Positions 50,701 to 64,000 of a DNA stretch of 64,000 nucleotides are shown piece by piece (position 1 is the first letter of the stretch; each line of letters opens with the position of its first letter). The stretch lies in the NCBI RefSeq assembly GCF_022045235.1, contig NW_027266276.1, forward strand, positions 186,001-250,000. The letters run 5' to 3'. Source of the stretch: Haliotis cracherodii. Lineage: Eukaryota. The notes under the pieces were generated by a model. That model was given only the letters and a program-made list of their open reading frames with translations, was not told the origin of the DNA and did no database searches. The translations under genes were made by a program, and so were the position numbers.

Positions 50701-53700
50701 CAGTGTCTGGATGTTGAGCCCAACAGAACAATTTGATGTCTCGGCTGATGATGGCTAAATGCGAGTTGGCTTGAAGGAAGACAAAATAATGATGTTTCAT
50801 ACAGGGTGAATGCAGTAGCCCCAGGAGGGATGTGATGACAGTGTCTGGATGTTGGGCACAACAGAACAATTTGATGTCTCGGCTGATGATGGCTAAAGGT
50901 GAGTTGGCCCGTAGCAAGACAAAATGATGATGTTGCATACAGTGTGCATGCAGTGGCTCACGGAAAGATGTGATGACAGTTTTTGGATGTTGGGCCCAAC
51001 AAAACAATTTGATGTCTGGGTTGATAATGGTTAAAGATGAGTTGGTCTGAATCAAGTCAAAATAATGATGTTGCATACAGGGTGAATGCATTAGCCCTGG
51101 GATACATGGGATGGCAGTGTTTGGATGTTGGGCCCAACAAAACAATTTGATGTCTTGGTTGATGATGGCTAAAGGCGAGTTGGCCTGAATCAAGACAAAA
51201 TGATGATGTTGCATACAGGTTGAATACAGTAGCCTCCGGAGTGATGTGATGGCAGTTTTTGGATGTTGGGCCCAACAAAACAATTTGATGTCTTGGTTGA
51301 TAATGGTTAAAGATGAGTTGGTCTGAATCAAGTCAAAATAATGATGTTTCATACAGGGTGAATGCAGTAGCCCCAGGAGGGATGTGATGACAGTGTCTGG
51401 ATGTTGGGCCCAACAGAACAATTTAATGTCTCGGCTGATGATGGCTAAAGGCGAGTTGGCTTGAAGCAAGACAAAATAATGATGTTTCATACAGGGTGAA
51501 TGCAGTAGCCCCAGGAGGGATGTGATGACAGTTTTTGGATGTTGGGCCCAACAGAACAATTTAATGTCTCGGCTGATGAATGCTAAAGGCGAGTTGGCTT
51601 GAAGCAAGACAAAATAATGATGTTTCATACAGGGTGAATGCAGTAGCCCCAGGAGGGATGTGATGACAGTGTCTGGATGTTGGGCCCAACAGAACAATTT
51701 GATGTCTCGGCTGATGATGGCTAAAGGCGAGTTGGCTTGAAGCAAGACAAAATAATGATGTTTCATACAGGGTGAATGCAGTAGCCCCCGGAGTGATGTG
51801 ATGACAGTGTCTGGATGTTGGGCCCAACAGAACAATTTGATGTCTCGGCTGATGATGGCTAAAGGCGAGTTGGCTTGAAGCAAGACAAAATAATGATGTT
51901 TCATACAGGGTGAATGCAGTAGCCCCAGGAGGGATGTGATGACAGTTTTTGGATGTTGGGCCCAACAGAACAATTTAATGTCTCGGCTGATGATGGCTAA
52001 AGGCGAGTTGGCTTGAAGCAAGACAAAATAATGATGTTTCATACAGGGTGAATGCAGTAGCCCCCGGAGTGATGTGATGATAGTGTCTGGATGTTGGGCC
52101 CAACAGAACAATTTGATGTCTCGGCTGATGATGGCTAAAGGCGAGTTCGCTTGAAGTAAGACAAAATAATGATGTTTCATACAGGGTGAATGCAGCAGCC
52201 CCAGGAGGGATGTGATGACAGTGTCTGGATGTTGGGCCCAACAGAACAATTTGATGTCTGGGTTGATGATGGCTAAAGGCGAGTTGGCCCGAAGCAAGAC
52301 AAAATAATGATGTTTCATACAGGGTGAATGCAGTAGCTCACGGAAAGATGTGATGACAGTTTTTGGATGTTGGGCCCAACAGAACAATTTGATGTCTCGG
52401 CTGATGATGGCTAAAGGCGAGTTCGCTTGAAGCAAGACAAAATAATGATGTTTCATACAGGGTGAATGCAGTAGCCCCCGGAGTGATGTGATGATAGTGT
52501 CTGGATGTTGGGCCCAACAGAACAATTTGATGTCTCGGCTGATGATGGCTAAAGGCGAGTTGGCTTGAAGCAAGACAAAATAATGATGTTTCATACAGGG
52601 TGAATGCAGTAGCCCCCGGAGTGATGTGATGATAGTGTCTGGATGTTGGGCCCAACAGAACAATTTGATGTCTCGGCTGATGATGGCTAAAGGCGAGTTC
52701 GCTTGAAGCAAGACAAAATAATGATGTTTCATACAGGGTGAATGCAGTAGCCCCCGGAGTGATGTGATGACAGTGTCTGGATGTTGGGCCCAACAGAACA
52801 ATTTGATGTCTCGGCTGATGATGGCTAAAGGCGAGTTCGCTTGAAGCAAGACAAAATAATGATGTTTCATACAGGGTGAATGCAGTAGCCCCCGGAGTGA
52901 TGTGATGACAGTGTCTGGATGTTGGGCCCAACAGAACAATTTGATGTCTGGGTTGATGATGGCTAAAGGCGAGTTGGCCTGAAGTAAGACAAAATAATGA
53001 TGTTGTATACAGGGTGAATGCAGTGGCTCACGGAGAGATGTGATGGCATGTTTGGGCCCAACAAAACTATTTGAAGTCTCGGCTGATAATGGTTAAAAGA
53101 AAGTTGGCCTGAATCAAGAAAAAGGATGATGTTCCAAAAGGGTGAATGCAGTGGCTCACGGAAAGATGTGATGACAGTTTTTGGATGTTGGGCCCAACAA
53201 AACAATTTGATGTCTTGGTTGATGATGGCTAAAGGCGAGTTGGCCTGAAACAAGTCAAAATAATGATGTTGCATACAGGGTGAATGCAGTGACTTAGGGA
53301 GAGATGTGATGACAGTGTTTGGATGTTGGGCCCAACAAAACAATTTGATGTCTGGGTGATGATGGCTAAAGGCGAGTTGGCCTGAATCACGACAAAATGA
53401 TGATGTTGCAAACAGGGTGAATGCAGGGTTTCAGGGAGAGATGTGATGACAGTGTCTGGATGTTGGGCTGGGCAAAACAGTTTGCGGTCTTCACTGATGA
53501 TGACTCAAATGGTCTGAGGCAAGACAAAACAGGGGTTTTGCATATGCTGTGAATGCAGTAACCCTGGGAGAGATGAGATGGCAGTGTTTGGATGTCAGAG
53601 CCTATGAAACAGTTTGAAATCTCTGCTGCTGATGAAACAAATGGTCAAAAACAATGACTCAAATGGTCAGACAAGACAAAATCATGATGTTGCATACAGG

Positions 53701-54290
53701 GTGCAGTAGCCCTGGGAGAGAGGTAATAGCAGTGTTTGGATGCCAGCCCAACGAAACAAATAATGTTTTGGCTGATGATGACTCAAGTGGTCTGAGGCAA
53801 GACAAAATGATGATTTTACATACAGGGTGAATGCAGTAGCCCTGGGAGAGATGTGGTGGCAGTGTTTGGATGTTGGGCCGGACAAATCATTTGCAGTCTT
53901 GGCTGATGATGACTCAAATGGCCTGAAGGAAGTAGATATAGGGGTGTAGTTTGCTGCTCAAATGTTCAAAGTAATAGCTCAAGTTTAACATTTGGCACAT
54001 GTTGAAATGTAGGGATGCCTGATCTGGTTCAAAGGCGAGTTGGCCTGAAGTATATATACATTAATATAAATTGAAACAAGTGTTTATAGAGTTGTCCTTA
54101 AGAGAGTTGTGGTTTCAGTGTACTGATGGTCTGACAAAGTAAGCAGTAGCCCTGGGACAGTTGTGATTGGAGTTTATGTATGTCGGGTCTGACTAAACAA
54201 TATCTAAAGGCGAGTTGACCTTCAGCAACAAAAATTAATAATGTTGAATGCAGGTTGAATTAAGTTGCCCCAGGAGAGTTCTGAGGAAGC
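47800..54290. repeat. Satellite subfamily B, 141-bp unit, about 40 copies, decaying at both ends
   Basis: Unit gatgttgggcccaacagaacaatttgatgtctcggctgatgatggctaaaggcgagttggcttgaagcaagac... with higher-order blocks (e.g. 49900-50300 resembles 50880-51260). Confidence 0.97.
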
Positions 54291-54584
54291 CATGCTTCCA
54301 TAGTGTATTTCTCCACAAAGTGTGCACATCAGTTTTAGTTCTTATCTTTATCATTGCAAAACCATATTGAAGTCAATCTTATAAATAAATATGTCAACAG
54401 TACTAACTTTAAGAATGCTCATTTGATCATATTCGTACAAAAACTGTCAAAAGTTATGAAATCTGTGACATGGTTCAGTCACAACACTAATCCAACACCA
54501 GCCCCGCACATTCTTGTCAGAGAAAAGATGGCTCTACCTACCTGTCCCAGCAAGGGTTAAAGGATATATAACATCTATCCTTCT

Positions 54585-54860
54585 CCCGAAAGATGGCTCT
54601 ACCTACCTGTCCCAGCAAGGGTTAAAGGATATATAACATCTATCCTCTCAAAAGATGGCTCTACCTACCTGTCCCAGCAAGGGTTAAAGGATATATAACA
54701 TCTATCCTCTCGAAAGATGGCTCAACCTACCTGTCCCAGCAAGGGTTAAAGGATATATAACATCTCTCCTTCTCTCGAAAGATAGCTCGATCTACCTACC
54801 TGTCCCAGCAAGGGTTGAATGAAATGAACCTCTCCTCTTCTTCTCTCAAAAGAAGGTTGT
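54585..54860. repeat. About 62-65-bp minisatellite, 4 copies
   Basis: aagatggctctacctacctgtcccagcaagggttaaaggatatataacatctatcct repeated. Confidence 0.9.
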
Positions 54861-57412
54861 GCCAACCTATCCCATCAATGGTTAAGTGTTAAATGATAAG
54901 TATTGGAGAAAACATGCTTACAAGGTATTGGTAGACAGAGCATGCCCTGTGGAGAGGGAAAAACCAAAGGGGCGAAGCCCCCCCCCCCCCCCCCCAGTTT
55001 TTTTCTGACCCCCAGGGCATGCTCTGTCTACCAAAACCGAGGGAAAGTGTTTTTCCATACTTATAAACCGAAAAAAGAAACTTAAAAACAACATTTATCA
55101 AAATTTTTTATGCTTCAAACATACTTTCCATGAACCTTAGGAAACGAGCGTAAAAAATATCTGTTGCTGGCGTACAGATCTTGAAAAGGACATTCTAAAA
55201 ACCAGTGTGGCTTATCAACACCTCTGTAGCCTCGTGGTACACTCACTGGTCTACAGATATGAAGGTTGCGAGTTCAATCCTCGGGAATATAAAGAAAACA
55301 TTTGTCATTTGATTTTTCATTTCATTACATGTTACAATCTGAATGGAAGTTACATTAATAAAATACCCAGGACATTATATAAAATCCCTGGGATATTATA
55401 GCAAATATGACTTGAATATCCTATAAAATCCCTGGCATATTATATAAAATCACAGGGACATTACAACATCCCTGTTTATGATATTTAACCCGACTGGAAA
55501 GTAAAACCTCACAATAGGTTTTAATCCCTATAGAAAGAAGTCTCTTACTTAATAGCGCTCCCAATGAATAGGTTTATAAGGAGTTTTAATCACACTTACC
55601 GGGTATTGTGTCTACAGTCTTTTGCTTGTAAGCCCATAATCTTTGTCAGTTTCTGGAAGTAAGTGTAAATGCAATTTGATTTCTATGTAATTACATTTTT
55701 TCTGTAGACTACAACAATGGCTAAGCTTATGGCTTTCCAAATTTATATAATTAGTTATTATTTTCACTTTTCAAATTTCTTGTAACAAACATTTCGATTT
55801 TTGCCTTGGTGTACCTTGTGCCAAGCTTTAACTGACGTAGTATCCTTTCTCAGCGAGCTATCTCAACTGCAGTTATTTCATTTTCTCAACAAATATCCCC
55901 TTGGTGGTAGCATATTATTGGTATGTTTGTGATCGATTTGCGAATACAATGTAGTCATATTTTGTTGTATTTTACTTGTTAATTCAAACCACTGCAAGAC
56001 CACAAGCTTTGCATGCCACATGTTTATTCTGTTTGGTACATATTGTTGTACAATTGAGGGTTGCCATCCAGATGTTTTGTTTTTACAACTAATATTTCAG
56101 TTACTGTGTTTATCTCAGTTCATATCAGTATTTTGAATTACTGTTATGAGTCATTATATCTCGTTTGGCATAGGTGCTTCAGACAAAACATGACTTACGT
56201 CGCTTTGCACTTTGTTTACTAATATTTGATCTGCCTTGTGTACTATCAGTTGTTAGTGTTATACTCATGATCATCGATTGTTGTTGCATAAACTTCACTA
56301 TCATTCATGAATCAGGTAATTATAATGTTTCAGGTTTATGGATTATGATTTCAATGTGTTGCAAGTAGTTAATTACTTTATCTTTTTCATTTTGTCCTTG
56401 TTAGTAAACCTAATTATTTTACTGTGTCAATGAGTAGTAATGTCGCCATTCAGACTTTGTCATGTTTCTATGGTCACTCTTTGTTGGAGACAAAACCATA
56501 AGGTTTAGGTTGCAGTGTGGGTTCAAATCCCGGATGGGACTCAACCCTCGAAAAGTACTGGAATCTGTACTATACTTAGAAAGCTTTATCCAAAGTATAA
56601 CATTTCTACATTTGACAACTCTCTAAAATAGCAATTTTGTGTTCATAGCTTTCCGCCATGGGAGCCATGCCAATTTACATTTGTCAGAGGGGTACGCAAA
56701 GTACTTGATCTGAACAACCAGTTGTCAGACTTTCATTTTTGTGGAAGCCTTGGTGGTTGAGTGGGTTAGATCGCTGACTTTGTGTGCTGGTGATGAGGTG
56801 CCTCACTCTGGCAGTGTTGGTTTGAATCCCGGATGGGACTCTTTGTTAAAACCATAACAGCAGTTTTATTTTCTTTGAACAGGAGTCATGGAGATCTCTT
56901 GTTCAAGCGGATGCTGAAGTTGTCTTGGCTGTTATCGACTCCTTGGTGGTGAGTGCTGATCATCAGCTACACACATGATATTTCAGTTGTACCAAACATA
57001 TTACAGTCTTTTTGGGTATTATGTTACTTATCAGTATTAAGTGGTTTTCAAGTAATGAGATCTATTTCATCAACATAAAAACACCTTTCATTATCATGTG
57101 AATTCATTCTATCATTTTTTAACTTGTCCTGCATTACACCTTAACCAGAAAGAAGAGCTGTGTGAGGTCTTGCTGAAGAAAAGTTGTTCCAACTGGTTCT
57201 GTGGCTAATCCCATAACACAACTCCCATGTGACCACGGAAGTGATAACTTCAGGTGTCATCGCATTAAAACTTTGGCTAAATTTGATGACAATAAATGCC
57301 ATCACCTGAAGGGATGATGCAAATCTAGCTGGGGATTTAGCAAAGGTACTGTAAGTCCCCTAGCATGGTGATCTACCCTCAGCTGCTGGCGATCTACAGC
57401 CCTTTTTTATTA

Positions 57413-58530
57413 CCGTATTTTCTTGAGTATAGTGCACACTTTTTTTCGGAAAAACACAGCTGTGTAGAAGGGGGTGCGCATTATACACGAATTATGAGTT
57501 TGGATGTTTTTTCCTCCCATGGAAAGACATTACGTACCGTGAGCACGAAACACCGGAAATACCATGTCAACAAATCCATACTGAAGTACGCAAAATAATT
57601 ATGTAATTACACTGTCTGTCTATAAAAAGTGTTCTTTGTATTTCTGGACTTATGTTTGTAACTTACTTCATTAATTTTATTCAAAATTCCTTATAATATT
57701 GTTTTTATTAATTTCGGCGAAATCGTGTGTGAAGCGATCGGAAGATCGCACAACTCACCGTTATTAACAGCAACCACGGTCAGAATACCGCTATTGACGC
57801 CTTGAAACGAACTTTAGTTGACAGAGAATGGATACATATATCATGAATGACATACTTTGACTCGTTAAAATTCATGTTTGTTTTTGTTTGACGATTCTAT
57901 GTCAACATGAAATTCTCGCGCTCACGTGTTCACGTGCGCGTGAGCCTTGACGGTGACTGGTCAGACATGTTCCATGTAAAAAATAATACCCGGGAATAGC
58001 GATCAGCTGCTTCGCTTAGGGTTATTATTATTTTAAATATGTTTAGTAAAGGCTGCATATAATTAAGAAAATAATGGAATATATTATTCCTGATAAATAA
58101 AATAGTTTCAGATACAATTGTTGCCGATCCTTGCATTAAAAATCCTATAAAGTTATATCACTGGGTGTGTCTTGACCGAATCACCGGTCGATTCCAAGAA
58201 AACGTGTGTACAGCTGATTGCTGTTTCCGGCTTAGTTTACGAGAAAATACACAAGGTAATCTTAATCCCTAGATATAAAACAATGCCTAGCAGAACAATA
58301 AATACTATTTAAACGGTAAATAAACATGTCTGGTGATTTTTTATCTCAAATTTCGAATTTGTACTGACGAAGTTTCTCAGCACCCGTTCGCTTGCCGGAC
58401 TTCGCTGAAAGGGTACGGTGTAAATTTTTTCTGCGTATAATATTAAAATTTCTTTTTTTCCAAAATATTGAACCCGCTAGAGGGGGGGGCACATTATACA
58501 TGGGTGCGCACTATACTCAAGAAAATACGG
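57413..58530. mobile_element. pogo/Tigger-like MITE
   Basis: TIRs ccgtattttcttgagtatagtgc / gcactatactcaagaaaatacgg with TA flanks. Confidence 0.88.
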
Positions 58531-61500
58531 TATGTATTGTTACATATGGTGATATCTTTTTGTGGTCGTATTTTACTTTTAAATATTAATCTGTTATATT
58601 CTAGTTATTTTACTGTCCATCAATGACAGGTTTGTATTCAATCTAAATATATGTATTCTTGTCATGATATGGCTGAAATATTGCCGATGTGATGTTAAAT
58701 ATGAACTCACTCACTCACACTTCGTGGTCACTTTCTTTCGTGTCATTCATTTTGCATTCTTTATGTTGCTTGGTACTTCTTATACATTGTTGTACCTATG
58801 CTTCCCTATGGTTATTAAAGTGTTTTATTCACCTTTCTTTGCGTAATCTTATCCCTTAACCTCAGTTTTCTGGGATTTAGAATATTATATACACACACAA
58901 TCATGGTGGAACCGAATTGTGATTACATGTTCTGCTCCATTGCAGATTTATGTCCCGTTGTAATTAGTGCCGAGGTAACAAGTCTGGCTGGACCCCCACC
59001 CTTTGTCTGGACTGCTCCGATACATGTTTGACAGCTAAAAATGTAGCTTATGCATACACCTCTCTCCCACAGCCTTCTCCAAGTACTGCTACATCTCCAC
59101 TAGCTAAGGCTATTCCATCTTCTTCTGGCTGGAAGCCCCTTCCAGCGTCTAGCCCTCAAGATGTATCCCCCCCCCCCCCCATTGTCTCTTCTGTCTATGT
59201 TAATGGGAAATTATGTCTACATTATCAACATGTCTATGACCACCCCAGTCCCCAACTACAAAGGGCACTACTGGTGCTAGCATTGGCGCCCTTGGCTCAC
59301 CGTGATTCTGAACTTCACTCCTGAGCAGCTACACTGTGCATCGCTGCTCTCATCGCTTCTGGGATTCTGTGACCACCATGACACTGGCACCACCCTGGGC
59401 CCAAACAAACCAGAGATAGGCCTGTCATCAATGCCAGTGCCAGTGCTCTTGACCCCACACTTCCAGCTTGTGCCTTAACAGTTCCTCCAGGCTCCCTACT
59501 TGGATCCCTCCTTGGATCCTTCCTGGCTGTAGATGATGCAGTCCATGTTCCAGCAGACACAGGCCCAGGTGTGGATAAATAAGACACTATTGGTCCAAGG
59601 CTACCCCTATTCCGCTGGACCTGATCCTGAAGGTCTTAGCATTGGATGATGAATTTTGGTGTTCAAGGTTCCTCAGGTGAGTAAGGATGATTTCCATATC
59701 CATGCATTGGACGCGGCAGACATAGCTCACAACCTTGTAGTCAGACCTCGCAGACAGAAGTTAACTGTCATACGATTTGTCCCAGATTACTGCGTAGGGT
59801 GATTTACATGTCATGTGTCAAGGACACTCTGACTTCAAACATCACCAGCCAGAATTAGATCAACTGACCTAATGGGAGCCATGCAGTGTATTTGTACCGA
59901 TTGGTTTGCATGCTTACTTGTACGTAATGCTGCAATGTATTGTCAAGGCACGACACAATGAGAGACACTCTTGAAATGGACTATTGAAATCTTCCAGACA
60001 GACGTATCTTACATCTGCTAGCCACTCTTCAACAGCCGCTATTACTTTGTCAGTGGCAAGTACTCGCGTCGGCCCAAGATGTGACGAGATGAGGTCAACT
60101 ATAATTTGCACCTGATCCAACAGTTCCTGGCACCTTACTTAAGAGGTCAGGACCCTTGGCCTATCTGTTGCTCAACCTCCTTACCTCAGGTGTCATTTCA
60201 GCTGGTGGACAGTAGAGTCAAACATCTTAGGAAGCATCTCCTCAACAGAATTATCCCTGATGTCCCACCTGTTTGTAGACACCTCTACAGGTTGAGGACC
60301 ACATGACCTCATAGTTGTGGTCCTGCGTACAGCACACTTGGCACATCAACAACATGAAGGTGAAGGAGCTCTGATGATATCACACTGGCAGGGGCACCTC
60401 CAGTACTATTAACTCGCCATCTCCGACGACAACATCATGATTGTCAGGGGATGACACACTCTCACTCCCTCCTTCAATAGACATTCGGCAGGGCATATGT
60501 GTTCTGGTTCAGCACATTCCCAGATGTTGGAAAGTTCCAGGTTAGACAGGGTAGCTCCCTCAGAATGGAAGCTTTCTCCCAAGGTTTTCATCTCATGTGT
60601 CAGTGCCTAGGTCATCCCAACATTGCCCTTGTCGCCCCTTGCCAGATCGCACCCTTTGTCTCTCCTTCTATTACTGAGATCGTCACACTGTTTGGAAAGC
60701 GGAAATCACATCTTTCAATTGTCGTACTGTTGCTGCAGAATTGTCGCCATACATCGTTGGGATTGTGACTATCGGTCAACTTCCTGGCAGGAATGTTTTC
60801 AACCAGTAGACATTTGGTCTGATTCAACTTGCCCACTGGTTGTCTGGACGAGGTTTTGTTTTGCGACGTTCTCCTTAACCCCGTTGTTTAAAGTGCCATT
60901 GTTTAAGAGAGATGACTTGCAGGTTTCCATCGAAACAGAGCTTCTGGTGGACAGCAACTGTATCAGAACTGGCAGATCTTCAATGTTCCAGCTCATTAAA
61001 CCTGTTTGACCCACATCTCGGGATCATCGTTGACTGGTCTCGCATATCACGGTGTATCATATAGCTCTGCACTGTCCCAGCCATCCGACGGCGACATCGA
61101 TATCGCCGGCACCAAACCTCCTCTACCCTTAGCGCCATTTTTTCCTCAAAGAGGTTCTTCCTCGGCGCTCCCTGGGTTTCCCACCAAGCTCCGGTGCTCC
61201 CGCATTTTTTTGCAAAACACCACTTGTTTGTCTACCACACAGTTTATTGAGGATTGTCCTCGTTTCCGTCTCCAATGCGGCTTTCTCGGCTGCTGCACAG
61301 AGTGCTTTACATGTCACCTGCCAAGTACTCTGACTGTAAACCACTCCGACCGGAATTAGGTCAACTGACCTATAGCAAGCAGTGCAATGTATTGCTACAG
61401 ATTGGTTTGCATGCTTACATGTACATATGGTGCAACCACTCAACCAGACACCTCACGCAGTCCATCCATGTACAGATGATGGAAAAGATAGACCTCTGCT

Positions 61501-62337
61501 GCCAACACGGCAGTAGATAGGCACCACATTTCATCACCCCCTCGCTATAAGAGTGATAGCGCTTATATGGCGTTCAAGGGATGGAATATCTTCAGCCTTG
61601 GCCTCCAGATACACCGTCGATTTTCTAATTTTGTACCAAGACCATTCCATCGACCCGTTGACTACATGCCTAGTATCGTGTTGTCGTCCTTCATATATCG
61701 TCACCTCGATATAAGAACAGGAGCGCTTATACGACGCTCAGGGGATGGAAACGATCACATTACTTGGTGCAGCATAGTGTGATCTACCAGAACCACAGTT
61801 ATACATATTTCGATACGCTGAGCGAGTCCCATCGACCTCTCTGGTGTTTATCACCCCAGACAAGAGTGCTCTACTGTGTTCCACATTCTCTCTTTGGTCA
61901 GTTCTAGTTTTTGGATACCAGGCTCATTCTATTTCTGTCACCTATTCGGGTTTTACTTTTTGCATCGACTCCACCAATGCCGCTGATTCTCTGATACCCG
62001 TGTACCTCTCTGGTGTTCCTCACCTCAGATTAGAGGGCTCTACTGCGTTCTTTCGCTCTTGGGAATGATCGTAGATATTGACACCGCCGCCTCTGATTTC
62101 TTCGATACTCTGAGCAGGGCCCGTCGAACTCTCTGGTGTTTATCACCTCAGATTAGAGTTTTTCCTTTTGCATCGACTCCTGAAGACAGGAATGGTCATA
62201 GATGTTCCGGTCATCACTTGTATGCGGTGCGGATTCATTGGACAGGGTTTATTGTGGATCACATCTGAAGGTATGCCCACTGGCCATGCTGTCTGATAAA
62301 GATGCAATACGGAGTAATGCAGGATTAGTTAAACAAA

Positions 62338-62653
62338 TTAGTAAAATCGAAATATTTTTTACATATGTATACTTATCCTGTATTACAAAGTCTAAGTGAC
62401 CTCCCTTCGCTACTCTGCCTCCCCACGAAGTTTCAGATTTTATGTTTCAAGCATTTATGTGTTTTGATGTGACATCATGACTTCTGGGTCACATGCCGAC
62501 TCTGCGAGGGGGCTGCCTTCTACCGATGGGAATAACCTTTTTTCAGCAGCTGGATCTCACGCAGTTCGTCTCTCTGTCAAAGACAGCAGTAAATGCAATG
62601 CAGAGTAATGCAGGATAAGTATACAAATGTAAAAGATATTTCGATTTTACTAA
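62338..62653. mobile_element. Small inverted-repeat element (MITE-like)
   Basis: tagtaaaatcgaaatat...tatacttatcctgtattac / gtaatgcaggataagtatac...atatttcgattttacta. Confidence 0.55.
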
Positions 62654-62892
62654 GTTTATCATATAATTGAAGTGTTGGGTAATATATCTACATCTGAATA
62701 CTGTTAAGTTTCTTGTGTGGTTCAAATGCATTTTCAACTAAATAACTGATGTACACTAATGATCATATGGCAATGTTTCATGGAATATTTTATGTGCTTG
62801 TTTTAGGTTATGTCATGCGTACCATGAATTCTGGTTGAATAGAAGAGAATCAAGAGTGGATTTGCTTTTGTCCTTTTTACCCATTCACAAAA

Positions 62893-62912
62893 TGGTGTCA
62901 GAAGTAGGATTC
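62893..62912 (+). other. LTR-retrotransposon primer-binding site (tRNA-Leu complement)
   Basis: tggtgtcagaagtaggattc follows ...cattcaca+aaa and matches the reverse complement of a tRNA-Leu 3' end. Confidence 0.55.
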
Positions 62913-64000
62913 ACCAACACGAAAATTTGAAGAGTTGTCAAGTGGTTTTTACAGATAGATGAAGTTTGTCAATAAGGACCAGTTGTTACAGTGGAATGGT
63001 GAACAATACTGTGATGACAATAATGACTTGTCTGACTGTGGCAGCACCTGTGTGATTCATCAGGCCAGCCTCCCTTGTAAGTCAGCACATTCCATGTCAC
63101 CTGGATTTCATTGTAGATGTGCACAGTATTGTTATTATCAGTTATTTATGACATATCTCTAACAGATTCCATTTCCAACTATGTGTTGTTGTATTTTGGA
63201 TAATACTATTGATTGTTTTATTGATATTTTATTGATGTAATCTACTCAGCCCTAATAAGTTGTTCTCTGTGCTGTTTTGTTGGATCAAAGCTAAGTGGGT
63301 AAAACTCATGGAAGTAATTTTCTCTCTCTAATATTGCGCTGGGCTTGTGGGGAGGTGGCATTAATATTGAGTCACATTTTTTAGTTTGGGGTCAGCAGTT
63401 GCATGATAATTTCAAGATTTACAGTGATAATTTGACACAACCAGATTCAAGAGAGAACAGGGAGATTTACCTCAATCTATATACAGGTAATCTGCGAGTC
63501 CTAGGTATTCTTGGTTGTGAACACTCAGTGTCCAGACATTACAATGGGGGCTCGAGGGTGACAGGATCTATCAGCAGCAAAGTTTATGTGATGCCTTTTG
63601 CTTCTTTTAGAAAACGGTTCCTTGTTTGAAACAAGTGACTGAGGAAAGAAAATCTGACATGGGTTGTCCAAACATCAATATATTGAGTGTAATTCTTATC
63701 AGATCAGGAAAATCAAATTTACACGTTACATTTTACCTAAGTTCAGTTATTCCAGCATCCATACTCTTTTGCATCTAATTGGACTTTGAGTGGATATCCA
63801 TTAGCGCCCATACTACCACAGGAGCATTAAATTATCTGAACCCGAAATAGTTTTGAAATGGCATCAATGTTGAGTCTTGTGACACATACTGATTGTTTTC
63901 AGCTCTCCGGGCAGATACCCTATCCACTGTAACATGGAGGTGGCTACTACAGTTCAGAAATTGATCAGGCATGTCAAATTTCAAGGCCATCATAAAGGTC

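Noticed and set aside
47862-52939. 619-, 483- and 787-aa minus-strand ORFs with 47-aa repeats
   Set aside because: They are a by-product of a 141-bp (3x47) near-identical satellite whose minus frames lack stops. The related 130-bp subfamily breaks frame, and no domain is recognisable.
55215-56845. tRNA genes at about 55220-55290, 56510-56545 and 56745-56845
   Set aside because: A/B-box-like heads without a complete cloverleaf. Best read as SINE remnants.

Overview
Repeat-dense animal genomic DNA. The SINE repertoire suggests a mollusc, probably an abalone-like gastropod (inference). No intact host gene is evident. The centrepiece (about 4.0-27.0 kb, minus strand) is a head-to-tail array of three R2 non-LTR retrotransposons (three N-terminal zinc fingers plus Myb, i.e. 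R2-A type, with RT and restriction-like endonuclease) lying outside a complete rDNA unit. Copies 1 and 2 end exactly at the canonical 28S R2 nick site (|TAGCC). The copies are separated by a near-identical, circularly permuted ~300 bp mini-28S cassette: about 237 bp from downstream of the target fused to about 60 bp from upstream. The cassette looks like part of the mobile unit and would rebuild a target site at each insertion. These R2s also carry an unusually long (~1.75 kb), fast-evolving 3' UTR made of hairpins that covary between the three copies, including a cluster with a conserved GGCGAG loop. The rest of the window is nested TE debris (Gypsy, Tc1, Sailor-like, Crypton, Penelope, MITEs, SINEs) and a 130/141-bp structured satellite at 42.2-54.3 kb. 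The satellite has a hammerhead-like core and has captured 92 bp of a neighbouring Gypsy RT.
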